Positions 11,803 to 32,865 of a stretch of DNA of 64,000 bases are shown in pieces. A program made the position numbers and the translations under genes. Source of the stretch: Macrostomum hystrix (taxonomy: Eukaryota > Animalia > Platyhelminthes); contig CATNEN010000034.1 in assembly GCA_950097015.1 (NCBI GenBank), positions 2,852,001-2,916,000 on the forward strand. Direction: 5' to 3'. The stretch's first letter is position 1. Every line of letters starts with the position of its first letter. Under the pieces are notes generated by a model. The model worked only from the letters and a program-made list of their open reading frames with translations. It was not told where the DNA came from and made no database searches.

Positions 11803-14800
11803 AGCCTCTTTTTAACTTTAGAGAAACTGCCAACCACCCCCTGACCACCACCTCACACTCTGGCCTCGACTCTCCGCTCCAGCGACCCGCCCCCGCCTAT
11901 TTCGAAGGTCCACCTCACTGAAGCTACTGGACCGCCTCACCGCCCAGCGGCCTCCCTCCTCCACGTGGATTACTGAGGAAGTCCTTTCTCTATTGGGGTT
12001 GCTTCCTTGGCGTTTCATCATTTCTCAACTGTTTTCTCTGACGCAAGTCTGGGGATGCGGGCCTTCTACCATCCCCGAGTTTTTAGTTCCCCCACCCATA
12101 TCCCCTAGCAGCATCCCAACCGCCATTCATTCCCCCCAGTTTTTTGCTTAGCCAAGGCTCTTTTTCCGGCCTCTCCAAACAACTCCTACTTTATTCTCCC
12201 CCAGCAGCCATCCCTCTCTTTTCAGTCTCATTTTTCCCCTTCGCTGGCTGCCTTCCCCGTCCTCCGCTTCCTCCCCTAGGGTGTGGAGATGGGCAGGCTT
12301 CATTCCCTGTTCCTATTTTCCGTCATTCATTTTCCCTTACTAAGCACAGGCCTTGGCTGGGGCGTGTAGGCTCCGGCCCTCATACACACACACAGGCCTC
12401 CTCTCCTATTTCCCCCCTCCCCTCAGTTCAACCCTTTGCTATAAGCTAAGCTCTGGGGGCTTTTGGGTTGTGTAGTTTGCCTTGCTGCCCGCCTCTCTCT
12501 CTCACACACAGACGCAGTCCTCTCCGCCTCAAGCCCTACAGCCGCTCTGTTTCTCTTTCTCTCTCTTCCTCTCCCTCCCCCGGGCCTGTCAAGACTCTCG
12601 CGCACGCCACCCAGTTCTGGGCCACTGCGCCCGGGCTGGAGTTGAGGGTCTGGAGAGTGGTGCGTGTGCGCGCCAGCGGGTCTGAGAGGCGGACAGGACG
12701 GAGTAGGGTTGCTGGCCCAGTTTTCGGGCTAGGGGCTAGGGAGAGAGAGAGAGAATATTTTCTAGGAGGCTCACATTGGAAAGATATGGAGGCGGGCGGC
12801 AGAAGAAGGGTTTGGTTTACGCCCGGCGCCATGGCCTGCCCCCGCATGCTGGCCGCCCGCCTCTCTGTTCCATTCCAGGCAAGTAGGCAGAGGCCTACCC
12901 TCCCCAGCCTATAGAGAATCTATATAGAGATTCTACACTGGCGGGCACGACCTGCCCTAGGCTCTCTCTTTCTTTCTCCTATTCAGCGTGGAACCCAGGA
13001 GGCGGAGGGCGGATTCTCTAGCCGGGGGTTGCTAGCTTTAGAAAGCAAGGGGCAGAGAAAAAGAAAGAGAAATATTCTATGCCTTAGCAGCGGCGGAGGT
13101 AGGCTTAAAGGAATAGAAAATGGAAAAAGCAACGCGCGGGTGGGTTTGCCTCTGGGGGGGGCTTTGTAGGGCTTTAGAGACGACTAGGGAGGTGGAGGAA
13201 CAGAGGATGTCGGCCATCTTTTCCTCATTTTTCCTTGTATTCCCCACTTGCCCAACCCGGGCCGCGAGCGCTCGAATAAATTCCCACCCCTCCAGTTTTT
13301 TGTTCTCCCTTCCTCCTCCCCTGCCCTTCCGTGTCGGTGTTTCTCTTCTGTCTAGTTTCCCCTGTCGCCCATGCTATATATTAGAACATAGAAGAATATG
13401 GACTACATTTGCACGCTGTCGGGTGTTTGATCATTTCAGTTGGTGTTGTTTCTTCTTTTCCTGAAGACATCCGATTCAAAAGGAAGCCATTTTAGCCATC
13501 GCGTGGAAGATATTTTTTGGTTTTATTTGGCTACATAACTTCAAAATTGTTGCCGCTCCGTGTTTTTTTATGATTAATCAACTGCCTTTGCCACTCACTG
13601 CAATAAGGCAATAATATTAAATTGTGTCGTGAGATTCGTGAGATTCTTTTATTCAACTTGCTGTTTCCTGTCCACTATGCTGATCAAGTCTAGCTGTTGT
13701 CCGCCTATCAACACCGTTTTTTGCTTCTCCGAAGTCTTACAACGCTAATAAATGATACATTATTAATAAATTATGAACATTATCTCACTCACCTCACGCA
13801 CAGCAGTTTGCAAGTCGAGTCCCTCTATTAGCTTATTTTTTATCCAAATAAAAATATCTACAATAAAGGCGCATTCTTTCAATAAAAGAAGACAAAAGTC
13901 ACCGCCACAGAACAGCCTGTGTATATAAGTTCTCCTGCAGCCCTGCTAAAACTCTTTTATCTGTCTTGCAAGTGTCTTTATATTATTTATTACATTGAAA
14001 ACTATCAACTGTTTTGCTTGTGTGCATGCTTCGCTTTTCATATCCCCGTCTTCATTGCCCTTTTCTCTAACCCGCCTGTTAAAACAAGAATTCATTCTAT
14101 TCAGTCGCCGCTTCTAAAACTATTTCCTTTTTTTCGTCATAAAAAATCTAAACTCTAAACTGATCAGACAGGCTAGACTAGCAATCCTGTTTTCCTATTG
14201 CCCTCCGTCATTATCTGACACGCGTTAAATTTAAACGGTTTGGATTGCATCTTGTTAACTTAATGCATATAATTTTACCTTCTGATGTTTGTGTAATTAA
14301 TATCTTCAACTGTACATTGATTGTCTGTCGCTAGGCTATTTTATCGCTATGGGGTTCGGTTTGAAAGATTTATTTATTAAGTCGAAGCTGCGTTTCTCTG
14401 TTTCTGTCGTTGTTTCTTTGGCCGATTGATTGTGCAACAAAATCAATATGCCGTTTTTTTATTAACAAATAGTTGATTCTGTGTAATTTACTGTATGAGC
14501 AACAGCAGCAATAGGCTCGTAAGTTATTATTAAATATAAACTAATCCACTATATATAAAATCTGAAAATAATACTATTATCAATATTAGTAAATTTATTA
14601 CTGTGAAAAAACACGAATTTCGATTCAAATTTGTTAATTGATTGTGTTCTTATCTTACTCAGTGTCGAATATTGCGCGCGAAGCCCTCCCGAGTCCCCAC
14701 CACCCCATTGTCAATTAATTAATTGTCAGTTAAAATTCCTGTCGTGCGCGATTTGCCTACTTAGGATAGTAGAATGCGAAGCGCATGTCTGCTAGAAATT

Positions 14801-14891
14801 TGGCTCTCCTAGAAAACCAATGCACGACTAGACTGTCTAAAAACAAGGCGCTAACAGAGAGCCTTCAAATACTGAGCTGTTGGACATTAAG

Positions 14892-15134
14892 GTGTTGGAC
14901 ACGGAGTGCCAATGTGTTGGACACGGAGTGCCAATGTGTTGGACACGGAGTGTTGGACACGGAGTGCCAATGTGTTGGACACGGAGTGCCAATGTGTTGT
15001 ACACGGAGTGCCAATGTGATGGACACGGAGTGCCAATGTGTTGGACACGGAGTGCCAATGTGTTGGACAAGGAGTGCCAATGTGTTGGACACGGAGTGCC
15101 AATGTGTTGTACACGGAGTGCCAATGTGTTGGAC
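14892..15134. repeat. 22-bp minisatellite
   Basis: Unit GTGTTGGACACGGAGTGCCAAT. Confidence 0.95.
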
Positions 15135-15616
15135 AGCTGTGACCAGCTGTTAGTCGAATGACCTCTTTTGTCCACTTCGACAGGAAATTAATCTTTAAGC
15201 GACGAATAAAAAACACGTGCATACACTTACAGAAACGTGGGCTTATTGTGACGAATTTCGGTCTGTGATATTCATTGCTACAGGATACACAAAAAAGGCA
15301 GAAAATTTAACTTAGGGCATTGCGTTTATACATGCGTCAGACATGCACAAATGACCTTGCGTGCTACCACGGAATTTCCCCAAAAGTTTGGTACCATGTC
15401 AATAAATTCAATTAAAAATAGCAATAGATAAGACTTATCTAAATGTGCTCACACTTGTTGAAACTCTCACTTATTTGTCTCGGCAAAATGGCGTAAAATA
15501 GATTTTCCAAATATTCCTATCAGACATTGTCCTTAGAATTGTCTATTCCAAATCAAAAACTGTTTCCTTTCCCAGAACATTTACCGGCTACAGACAAAAA
15601 TATTTAGCGCCCGAAC

Positions 15617-18600
15617 ATGATTGAGTTTCTGCTCCCCCTGGCTTTGGCCACCTTGGTGGCATTGTGGTACATCGGCTGGGATCGCAGACTGCCTCCTGGA
15701 CCTACTGGACTGCCGCTGCTGGGTGTTGCACCTTGGCTAGCTGTCAGTGAGTTAGCTGACCTACTAGATTGCAGTTGAGTCTGACATGCTGACCCACTAG
15801 ATTGCAGTTGAGTCTGACATGCTGACCCACTAGATTGCAGTTGAGTCTGACATGCTGACCCACTAGATTGCAGTTGAGTCTGACATGCTGACCCACTCTA
15901 GATTACTGTTGAGTCTGACATGCTGACCCACTCTAGATTACTGTTGAGTCTGACATGCTGACCCACTAGATTGCAGCTGAGTCTGACATGCTGACCCAGT
16001 CTAGATTACTGTTGAGCCTGACATGCTGACCCACTAGATTGCTGTTGAGTCTGACATGCTGACCCACTAGATTGCAGCTGAGTAAGTGCAGGAAGTGAGT
16101 TGATTATTATAAATATTTACCTATGTTTTCCATGAGCACTATGTTAGGTTCTTGTGACGACAATCCACGTAAAATTCCATGACAGAACGGCGTGACCTGT
16201 ACTTTACCCAACTGGCTAAGCAGTATGGCGACATCTTCACTGTGCGAATCGGCTTTTTCTACCTTGTGGTACTCAACTCAACCGAGGCCATCAAGGAAGC
16301 CTTCGCTAGGAATGAACACATTGCTGGCAGGGGTCTGCGAGCCTTCACCAAGTTTTTGTCCGATGGCAAAGGTAAGTCTGCTTGAAGCATCTTCTGGTCA
16401 ACAAGCTTACCCTTACCAATCTAAAGTCATCAACAACTGCCCCGCCAACCCCTACTCCGCCAACCCCTACTCCGCCAACCCCTGCTACGCCAACCCTTTC
16501 TCCCCCAACCCCTACTTCATCAACCCCTGCTCCGCCAACCCCTGCTCCGCCAACCCCTGCTCCACTAACCCCTACTCAGCCAACCCCTACTTCAACAACC
16601 CTGCTCCGCCAACCCCTACTCCGCAAACCCAAACTCCGCCAACACCTATTCAGCCAACCCCTACTCCGCCAACCTGCTCCGCCAACCCCTTCTCCGCCAA
16701 CCCCTACTTCATTAACCCCTGCTCCGCCAACCCCTGCTCCGCCAACCCCTACTCCGCCAACCCCTGCTACGCCAACCCTTTCTCCCCCAACCCCTACTTC
16801 ATCAACCCCTGCTCCGCCAACCCCTGCTCCGACAACCCCTACTCCGCCAACCCCTGCTCCGCCAACCCCTGCTCCGCCAACCCCTGCTCCGCCAACCCCT
16901 GCTCCGACAACCCCTACTCCACTAACCCCTACTCCGCAAACACCTATTCAGCCAACCCCTACTCCGCCAACCTGCTCCGCCAACCCCTTCTCCGCCAACC
17001 CCTACTTCATTAACCCCTGCTCCGCCAACCCCTGCTCCGCCAACCCCTACTCCGCCAACCCCTGCTCCGCCAACCCCTGCTCCGCCAACCCCTGCTCCGC
17101 CAACCCCTGCTCCGACAACCCCTACTCCGCCAACCCCTGCTCCGCCAACCCCTGCTCCGCCAACCCCTGCTCCGCCAACCCCTGCTCCGACAACCCCTAC
17201 TCCACTAACCCCTACTCCGCAAACCCCTACTCCGCCACCCCTATCAGGCATAGCCTCAGCGGAGGGTACTCGCCACCGTGAGCAGCGGCGCTATTGTCTG
17301 CGCGTTCTGCGCGACTTCGGTTTCGGCAAAATCGACTTCGAAGGCGCCATACTAGAGGAGGCTGGCCTGCTAGCCGATTCGATTCGCGCCGAGTTGCCAA
17401 CTAACGGCGGGCCGCTGCGGATCGACGGCCGATTGTCCCAGTCGATTGCCAACGTCATCGGCCGAATTGTCTATGGCCGAAGGTTTGAGTACAACTCGCC
17501 AGAGCTGAGCAAAATGGTCACAGCTCTGAGCGAGCTCAACCAAGCTCCTGGCGGGGTGCTGCTGCTCAACGCCACCAGCTTGCTGGATCCGCTGGCTGAT
17601 TGGTTGGGCATGCGAAGGCTCAGGGCCGCCCGCAACGGCATCAGGGAGCTTCTAGAGCCCATTGTGACCGAGCACCGACGCGAGCTCGAAGGACTAAACG
17701 AAGACGGCCTTTCGGACTTTCTCTACGCCTACTTGGCTGAACAGAAGCGACGCCAGAGCATGCCGGATGCCGACATGTGGGATGGTAGGTTTTCTAGGAA
17801 ATAATAATAATAATACGAAGTAATTGCAGGAGGGCTGCGGGCAACGGTGCATCATTTGGTGACACTAGACCCGCAGCCAGCGAGGAGGCAATTCTGCCCA
17901 TTTCGCTGACTCCTGAGCACACACACACACTTTACGCAGGCACACACTCACACAGGTGTGAACATCAGCCCAGACTTTCTCATTGTCAGGCAGTGTACAC
18001 TCTCACTGTGCCTCGGAGGTTGGCCCTCAAGGGCGTAAATTGCATGACAAGCCACCAAGCCTTCTCTCCGCGGCTGCGCCCTAGATGAATGCGGTCTCGC
18101 AGCGGAATCGAGCTCAGGACAATTGTGCGTTAGACTGCTCTGCCACCCACCCCAAGTTTTCTAGGAAATTCGGCAGTCATTTTTTATTTTCTGTGAAGCC
18201 TCGTCAATAAATTATATTCGCTTTGTTTAAATTGCTTCTGGTTTATTTCGCTTTTAGCTTCTGGTTGTTTTTATACAATTGGATTATCAGTCAAAGTAGA
18301 AAATTTACTCCTTTGACTACTTGCAGTAGAGTAGGTAGGACATTATCGGCAAGCTAAACGTCGCTTCGTTTGCCCTTCGCCCAGACCGGCAGCTCATGGA
18401 GGTGCTGGTCGACCTGATGGTGGCCGGCTCAGACACGACCCGGTCGACCCTAATCTGGGCCATCAACCTGCTGAGCGACCGTCCGGACATTCAGGAGGCG
18501 TTGCGCGAGGAGCTGAGCAGCGTCATCGGCGACGCTCGACCACCATCAACCAGCGACCTGCCGCATCTGCCGCGTCTAGACGCTGTTATTCAGGAAGTGT

Positions 18601-20199
18601 TCAGGTGAGCTGGGAGCTGACAGCCGTTTAGCTAACAATGAACAGTCCTTTACTATGCTCATGAATTGAGCAGTCTTTGACTATGTTCATGAATGAGCAG
18701 TCCTTGACTATGTACATGAATGAGCAGTCCATGACTATGTACATGAATGAGCAGTCCTTGACTATGTACATGAATGAGCAGTCCTTGACTATGTACATGA
18801 ATGAGCAGTCCATGACTATGTACATGAATGAGCAGTCCTTGACTATGTACATGAATGAGCAGTCCTTGACTATGTACATGAATGAGCAGTCCATGACTAT
18901 GTACATGAATGAGCAGTCCATGACTATGTACATGAATGAGCAGTCCATGACTATGTACATAAATCATTCATGTATCAACTTCCTACAACTTCCTTATTGT
19001 AAGGGTAACTCATTGTACAGTATATGAGGATACCAATGACTGGTCATCGAGTACTAGAATGAGTACATGAGTTCCTGAGCAAACCTTTTGAAGATGATCT
19101 ATTTTTGAGAATGCAACCCGACCAATAACTATCAGCAAGCATAATTCATACCGAGCAGAGTGTCAGCTCTGGTGCCAACTGCTGTGCCTCACATGTGTAC
19201 AGCCGATACTGAGGTCTTCAACTATCGGCTCCAGGCTGGCACAATGGTCATGGCCAACACTCACTGCCTGTCCCGCGACGCAAGCGTGTTCTCAAATCCC
19301 AGCCAGTTTGACCCGTTTGCTAATTTTCTGGAGCAAACAGAGAACAGCTCTAGGGAGCCACAAGTCAAGGTCATCAATAAGGACAAGATCTTGCCTTTCA
19401 GCTACGGTGAGCACCCATTTTATCATTGTTTTACCTGCATTTCTAGTCTCCAAATGTTTTTTGCTTTTAACCCATCCAAAATCGAAAATGAATTTCTCTT
19501 GAACCAACTTGACCTAGCCTGACCCAGCTTGAACCAACTTGACCCAGTTTGACCCAGCGTGACCCAGCGTGACCCAGTTTGATCCAGCTTGACCCAGTGT
19601 GTCCCAGCGTGTCCCAGCTTGACCCAGTTTGACCCAGCGTGACCCAGTTTGATCAAGCTTAACCCAGCTTGACCCAGTTTGTCCCAGCTTGACCCATCGT
19701 GACCCAGTTTGACTAAGCTTGACCCAGCGTGACCCAGTTTGACCAAGATTGACCCAGTTTGACCCAGTTTGACCCAGCTTGACCCAGCGTGTCCCAGCGT
19801 GTCCCAGCTTGACCCAGTTTGGCCCAGTTTGACCCAGCGTGACCCATTTAGACTAAGCTTGACCCAGCTTGACCCAGCTTGACCCAGAGTGTCCCAGCGT
19901 GTCCCAGCTTGACCCAGTTTGACCAAGCTTGACCCAGTTTGACCAAGCTTGACCCATTTTGACCAAGCTTGACCCAGTTTGACCAAGCTTGACCCATTTT
20001 CTCTTCCACTAAACAAGGCCGGCGCTCCTGCATCGGGGAGAGCCTGGCCCGCATGGAGATCTTCCTGTTCTTGTGCCACCTGTTGCCTCGCTTTCAAATC
20101 GACCTACCGCCCGGGGTGAAGAACCCGGATGTCGAGGGCAGCGGAGCTCTATTCAACGCTTGCCGTCAGAAGGAGTTTGTGTTTCGCCCGATTGGCTAA
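15617..20199 (+). CDS. Cytochrome P450 (CYP2/clan-2-like), 6 exons, 500 aa
   Basis: Exons 15617-15746, 16186-16371, 17248-17784, 18385-18604, 19159-19406, 20018-20199 with consistent intron phases (1,1,1,2,1). N-terminal anchor, PPGPTGLP hinge, I-helix AGSDTT, ExxR (EVFR), heme motif FSYGRRSCIG. Confidence 0.95.
15755..16083. repeat. 33-bp minisatellite, P450 intron 1
   Basis: Unit CTGACATGCTGACCCACTAGATTGCAGTTGAGT. Confidence 0.95.
16438..17243. repeat. 15-bp C-rich minisatellite, P450 intron 2
   Basis: Unit CCAACCCCTACTCCG or CCAACCCCTGCTCCG; runs to within a few nt of the acceptor at 17247. Confidence 0.95.
17803..18155 (-). mobile_element. Full-length tRNA-derived SINE (copy B) in P450 intron 3, with 14-bp TSD
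   Basis: On the minus strand: head GGGGTGGGTGGCAGAGCAGT (A-box), GAGCTCGATTCC (B-box-like), body, then (ATT)n tail. TSD GTTTTCTAGGAAAT at 17789-17802 and 18156-18169. Confidence 0.88.
18640..18960. repeat. 27-bp minisatellite, P450 intron 4
   Basis: Unit ATGAATGAGCAGTCCTTGACTATGTAC. Confidence 0.95.
19500..19996. repeat. 10-bp minisatellite, P450 intron 5
   Basis: Unit GACCCAGCTT or GACCCAGTTT. Confidence 0.95.
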
Positions 20200-20509
20200 A
20201 ATCAAATCGAGTTGTAAACAAGGCTTTGAGCTCAAATGATTTATCTGAGTATTAATTTAAAATGTTGCAGGAATGAAACTACAAATAAAGTCAGTCGCAT
20301 AAAGTATAACAAATTGCTGTGATTCTTAGCTGATTCGCCAGCAGAAGCTCATTTTTGTCAGCCAATCCTGTGCGGTCTGGCGCAAGAGAAAAACAAAAAT
20401 TACACTTTTCGTTAAATAAGACCCGACAGGCGAGAAAAACACCAAGGTAGAGTTCAAACAGGAAGACAGGCTTCTAGATTCTAAGAAAGGCCACTTAGAA
20501 TCCAAGACA

Positions 20510-21350
20510 GACACTTAAAACCGAGGACAGACACTGAGAACCGAAGACAGACACTTAAAACCGAAGACAGACACTTAAAACCGAAGACAGACACTTAGAA
20601 CCGAAGACAGACACTTAAAACCGAAGACAGACACTGAGAACAGAAGACAGACACTTAGAACCGAAGACAGACACTGAGAACCGAAGACAGACACTTAGAA
20701 CCGAAGACAGACACTTAGAACCGAAGACAGACACTTAGAACCGAAGACAGACACTTAAAACCGAAGACAGACACTTAAAACCGAAGACAGACACTTAAAA
20801 CCGAAGACAGACACTTAAAACCGAAGACAGACACTTAAAACCGAAGACAGACACTTAAAACCGAGGACAGACACTGAGAACCGAAGACAGACACTGAGAA
20901 CCGAAGACAGACACTTAGAACCGAAGACAGACACTTAGAACCGAAGACAGACACTAAGAACCGAAGACAGACACTTAAAACGGAGGACAGACACTGAGAA
21001 CCGAAGACAGACACTTAAAACCGAAGACAGACACTTAGAACCAAGGACAGACACTTACAACCGAAGACAGACACTTAGAACCGAAGACAGACACTTAGAA
21101 CCAAGGACAGACACTTACAACCGAAGACAGACACTTAGAACCAAGGACAGACACTTACAACCGAAGACAGACACTTAGAACCGAAGACAGACACTTAGAA
21201 CCAAGGACAGACACTTACAACCGAAGACAGACACTTAGAACCAAGGACAGACACTTAAAACCGAAGACAGACACTTAGAACCGAAGACAGACACTTAGAA
21301 CCAAGGACAGACACTTACAACCGAAGACAGACACTTAGAATCGAAGATAG
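20510..21350. repeat. 20-bp minisatellite between P450 and DEG/ENaC
   Basis: Unit CCGAAGACAGACACTTAGAA, about 42 copies, ending about 20 nt before the ENaC ATG. Confidence 0.95.
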
Positions 21351-21370
21351 ACGTCGATTAATCTGCCGGC

Positions 21371-29723
<8,353 letters not shown>

Positions 29724-29959
29724 ACTCATATGATTGTCACTGTGAGACGAATGATTGGATGCTTTGTCCCCGCAAAATTTTCGGCAGCTCACTTTTAGCT
29801 ATCGCTTTTTTTAATTCTGTGCTCAAATAGACGCACTATATTGCTCCTGCTGGATGTAACTGAGATAGGACTGAGAATACCGGGTTTGAGGCGGTCACGA
29901 GCTACAATTATAGAAGCGTTGGGCATCCGTTCGACGACGAGATAGTTAAAAAAATAGAA

Positions 29960-30535
29960 TTCGGGATCAATTAGAGTCCGGGATCAATTAGAGAGTTCGG
30001 GATCAATTAGAGTTCGGGATCAATTAGAGTCCGGGATCAATTAGAGAGTTCGGGATCAATTAGAGTTCGGGATCAGTTAAAGTCCTGGATCAATTAGAGT
30101 TCGGGATCAATTAGAGTTCGGGATCAATTAGAGTTCGGGATCAATTAGAGTTCGGGATCAGTTAAAGTCCTGGATCAATTAGAGTTCGGGATCAATTAGA
30201 GTTCGGGATCATTTAAAGTCCTGGATCAATTAGAGTTCGGGATCAATTAGAGTTCGGGATCAGTTAAAGTCCTGGATCAATTAGAGTTCGGGATCATTTA
30301 GAGTTCGGGATCATTTAGAGTTCGGGATCATTTAGAGTTCGGGATCAGTTAAAGTCCTGGATCATTTAGAGTTCGGGATCAGTTAAAGTCCTGGATCAAT
30401 TAGAGTTCGGGATCATTTAGAGTTCGGGATCAGTTAAAGTTCTGGATCAATTAGAGCTCGGGATCATTTAGAGTTCGGGATCAGTTAAAGTCCTGGATCA
30501 ATTGGACTCCGGGATCAGTCAGAGTTCGGGATCAA
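29960..30535. repeat. 17-bp minisatellite
   Basis: Unit GATCAATTAGAGTTCGG. Confidence 0.95.
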
Positions 30536-30811
30536 AAGCTACAAGTAAAATGGAATATCATCGTCTTGATTGAGTCATGATTCGCGCATCGAGAAATATA
30601 TCGTTTAACTCGTACTAAAACTCATTCGTTAATCCCCTTACTTGAAAACCAAAGCTCGTGAAAAATATATGCCTTAAATGTACTTCTGCGAGTAAGCAAT
30701 GCTCCGTTGTTAACTTTACTTTTGTAGCTGTGGTGCATAATTTTTGCCAGATTTTAAAACTAACTTTTGCGAAGTGATGTAGACTTTAAGAAGTCAAGCG
30801 GTTGAGGAGTG

Positions 30812-31085
30812 GGGTGGGTGAATGGAAGGGCTAGAAATGCAGATAGTCAGTCAGCTAATCATTTTAGGCGTGAGGAGGGTGAATGAAAGGGCTAAAAGTG
30901 CAGATAGTCAGTCAGCAATTATTTTAGGCGTGAGGAGGGTGAATGAAAGGGCTAAAAGTGCAGATAGTCAGTCAGCAATTATTTTAGGCGTGAGGTGGGT
31001 GAATGGAAGGGATAGAAATGCAGATAGTCAGTCAGCTAATCATTTTAGGCGTGAGGTGGGTGGGAAGGGCTAAAAGTGCAGATAT
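30812..31085. repeat. Tandem repeat of about 60 bp, about 4.5 copies
   Basis: Unit contains GCAGATAGTCAGTCAGC...TTTTAGGCGTGAG. Confidence 0.9.
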
Positions 31086-31744
31086 AGTCAGCCAATCGTT
31101 TCAGGTATAAGGTGTGGGAAAAAATGAGCTGCATTACTTTCTGCCAGTAGCGAAACGGTGCAAGCGAGAGTAAAAAAATGATATTGTGTATTTAAATCGA
31201 ATCGTTCAGCCTTGTTACTAACATCAAATAAACAAAAAAATCATCACCCAATCGGCGTGCGCATTTCAATAATAATAATAATAATAATAATATAGTATTC
31301 TACAAAGAAATATTTTTTAAAACTTAGCGTGGATCGTCATAATTAATTCCGCGAAATAATCCGTTGAATCATAAAAGGCTAGCACGCAGAACTATGAAAA
31401 TGTGTAGCTGCTGATGGTACCAATTTATTTTTCTTGTTTCTTCACAAAATTTCCGAACAGATTCTACAGCTGCGCAGAATAAGAGCCGGCACTCGATTCT
31501 TGAACCGTAGAAATACCACGCTACTTTTCTCCCTGGGGAAGGGGGTAATTCAAATGCCCCACTGCCTGCTTCACGGCAGCTCCCAAACCGAATGACCAAT
31601 TTTTGTGCCATATGTATCTAATGTTTCCGCCCTTTACGATGAACCAACTTTTAAAGCCGTCAGACGTCAGCATCGTCAAGATATTCAGCATCTTCTCGTC
31701 CAAAACACTGTTGACAAGGACAAGTTAACATTGCTTAAATAGAC

Positions 31745-32505
31745 TTGGACTGAGACTGAGACTGAGACTAGGAGTTGTACTGAGACTAAGACTAGGAGTT
31801 GTACTGACACTAAGACTAGGAGTTGGACTGAGACTGAGACTGAGTTGGACTGAGACTGAGACTAGGAGTTGGACTGAGACTGAGACTAGGAGTTGGACTG
31901 AGACTAAGACTAGGAGTTGGACTGAGACTGAGACTAGGAGTTGGACTGAGACTAAGACTAGGAGTTGGACTGAGACTGAGACTGAGTTGGACTGAGACTA
32001 AGACTAGGAGTTGGACTGAGACTAGGAGTTGGACTGAGACTAAGACTAGGAGTTGGACTGAGACTGAGATTAGGAGTTGGACTGAGACTGAGACTAGGAG
32101 TTAGACTGAGACTGAGATTAGGAGTTGGACTGAGACTAAGACTAGGAGTTGGACTGAGACTAAGACTAGGAGTTGGACTGAGACTGAGATTAGGAGTTGG
32201 ACTGAGACTGAGACTAAGTTGGACTGAGACTGAGTTGGACTGAGACTGAGACTGAGTTGGACTGAGACTGAGACTGAGTTGGACTGAGACTGAGACTGAG
32301 TTGGACTGAGACTGAGACTGAGTTGGACTGAGACTGAGACTGAGTTGGACTGAGACTGAGACTGAGTTGGACTGAGACTGAGACTGAGTTGGACTGAGAC
32401 TGAGACTGAGTTGGACTGAGACTGAGACTGAGTTGGACTGAGACTGAGACTGAGTTGGACTGAGACTGAGACTGAGTTGGACTGAGACTGAGACTAGGAG
32501 TTGGA
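31745..32505. repeat. GAGACT-based compound minisatellite (22-24 bp)
   Basis: Units GGACTGAGACTGAGACTGAGTT and GGACTGAGACTAAGACTAGGAGTT. Confidence 0.95.
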
Positions 32506-32865
32506 CATTGTCTGGTGTCCGAAGCAGATTAAAAGTCAAAGCGTCAGAGCTGTAAAAGAAACAGCTAAGGGTAGCACGAGAGTAATGAAACGCATTAGGA
32601 TGCCGAACGAGCCAGGCAATCGCTGGCTTCTAGAGAAGAGCCGAAGGTCTAATTCAATGAAGTTTGTCTGGCTCATGAAAGGCGGCTCTCAATGCTGGTA
32701 GGAAGTCTCAAAATTTGGCTCGCTTGAGCACTCTGCCGAAAACTCAGCTGCAGATTCGAATCGATTTCTGACTCACTTCCTGCAGTTCCTTTAGGGATCA
32801 AGATGGGGACTTTGCGAAGGGAATTTATATACTTCATGCCCATATTGGTGGCAATTACTCCCATC

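Noticed and set aside
17468-17476. TGTCTATGG inside P450 exon 3
   Set aside because: Isolated, coding (IVYG) and without a partner; treated as the chance background occurrence.
19300-19330. P450 lacks a canonical PERF motif (FDPFANFL)
   Set aside because: This position varies widely in clan-2 P450s; all other motifs and the frame are intact, so it is not evidence of a pseudogene or novelty.
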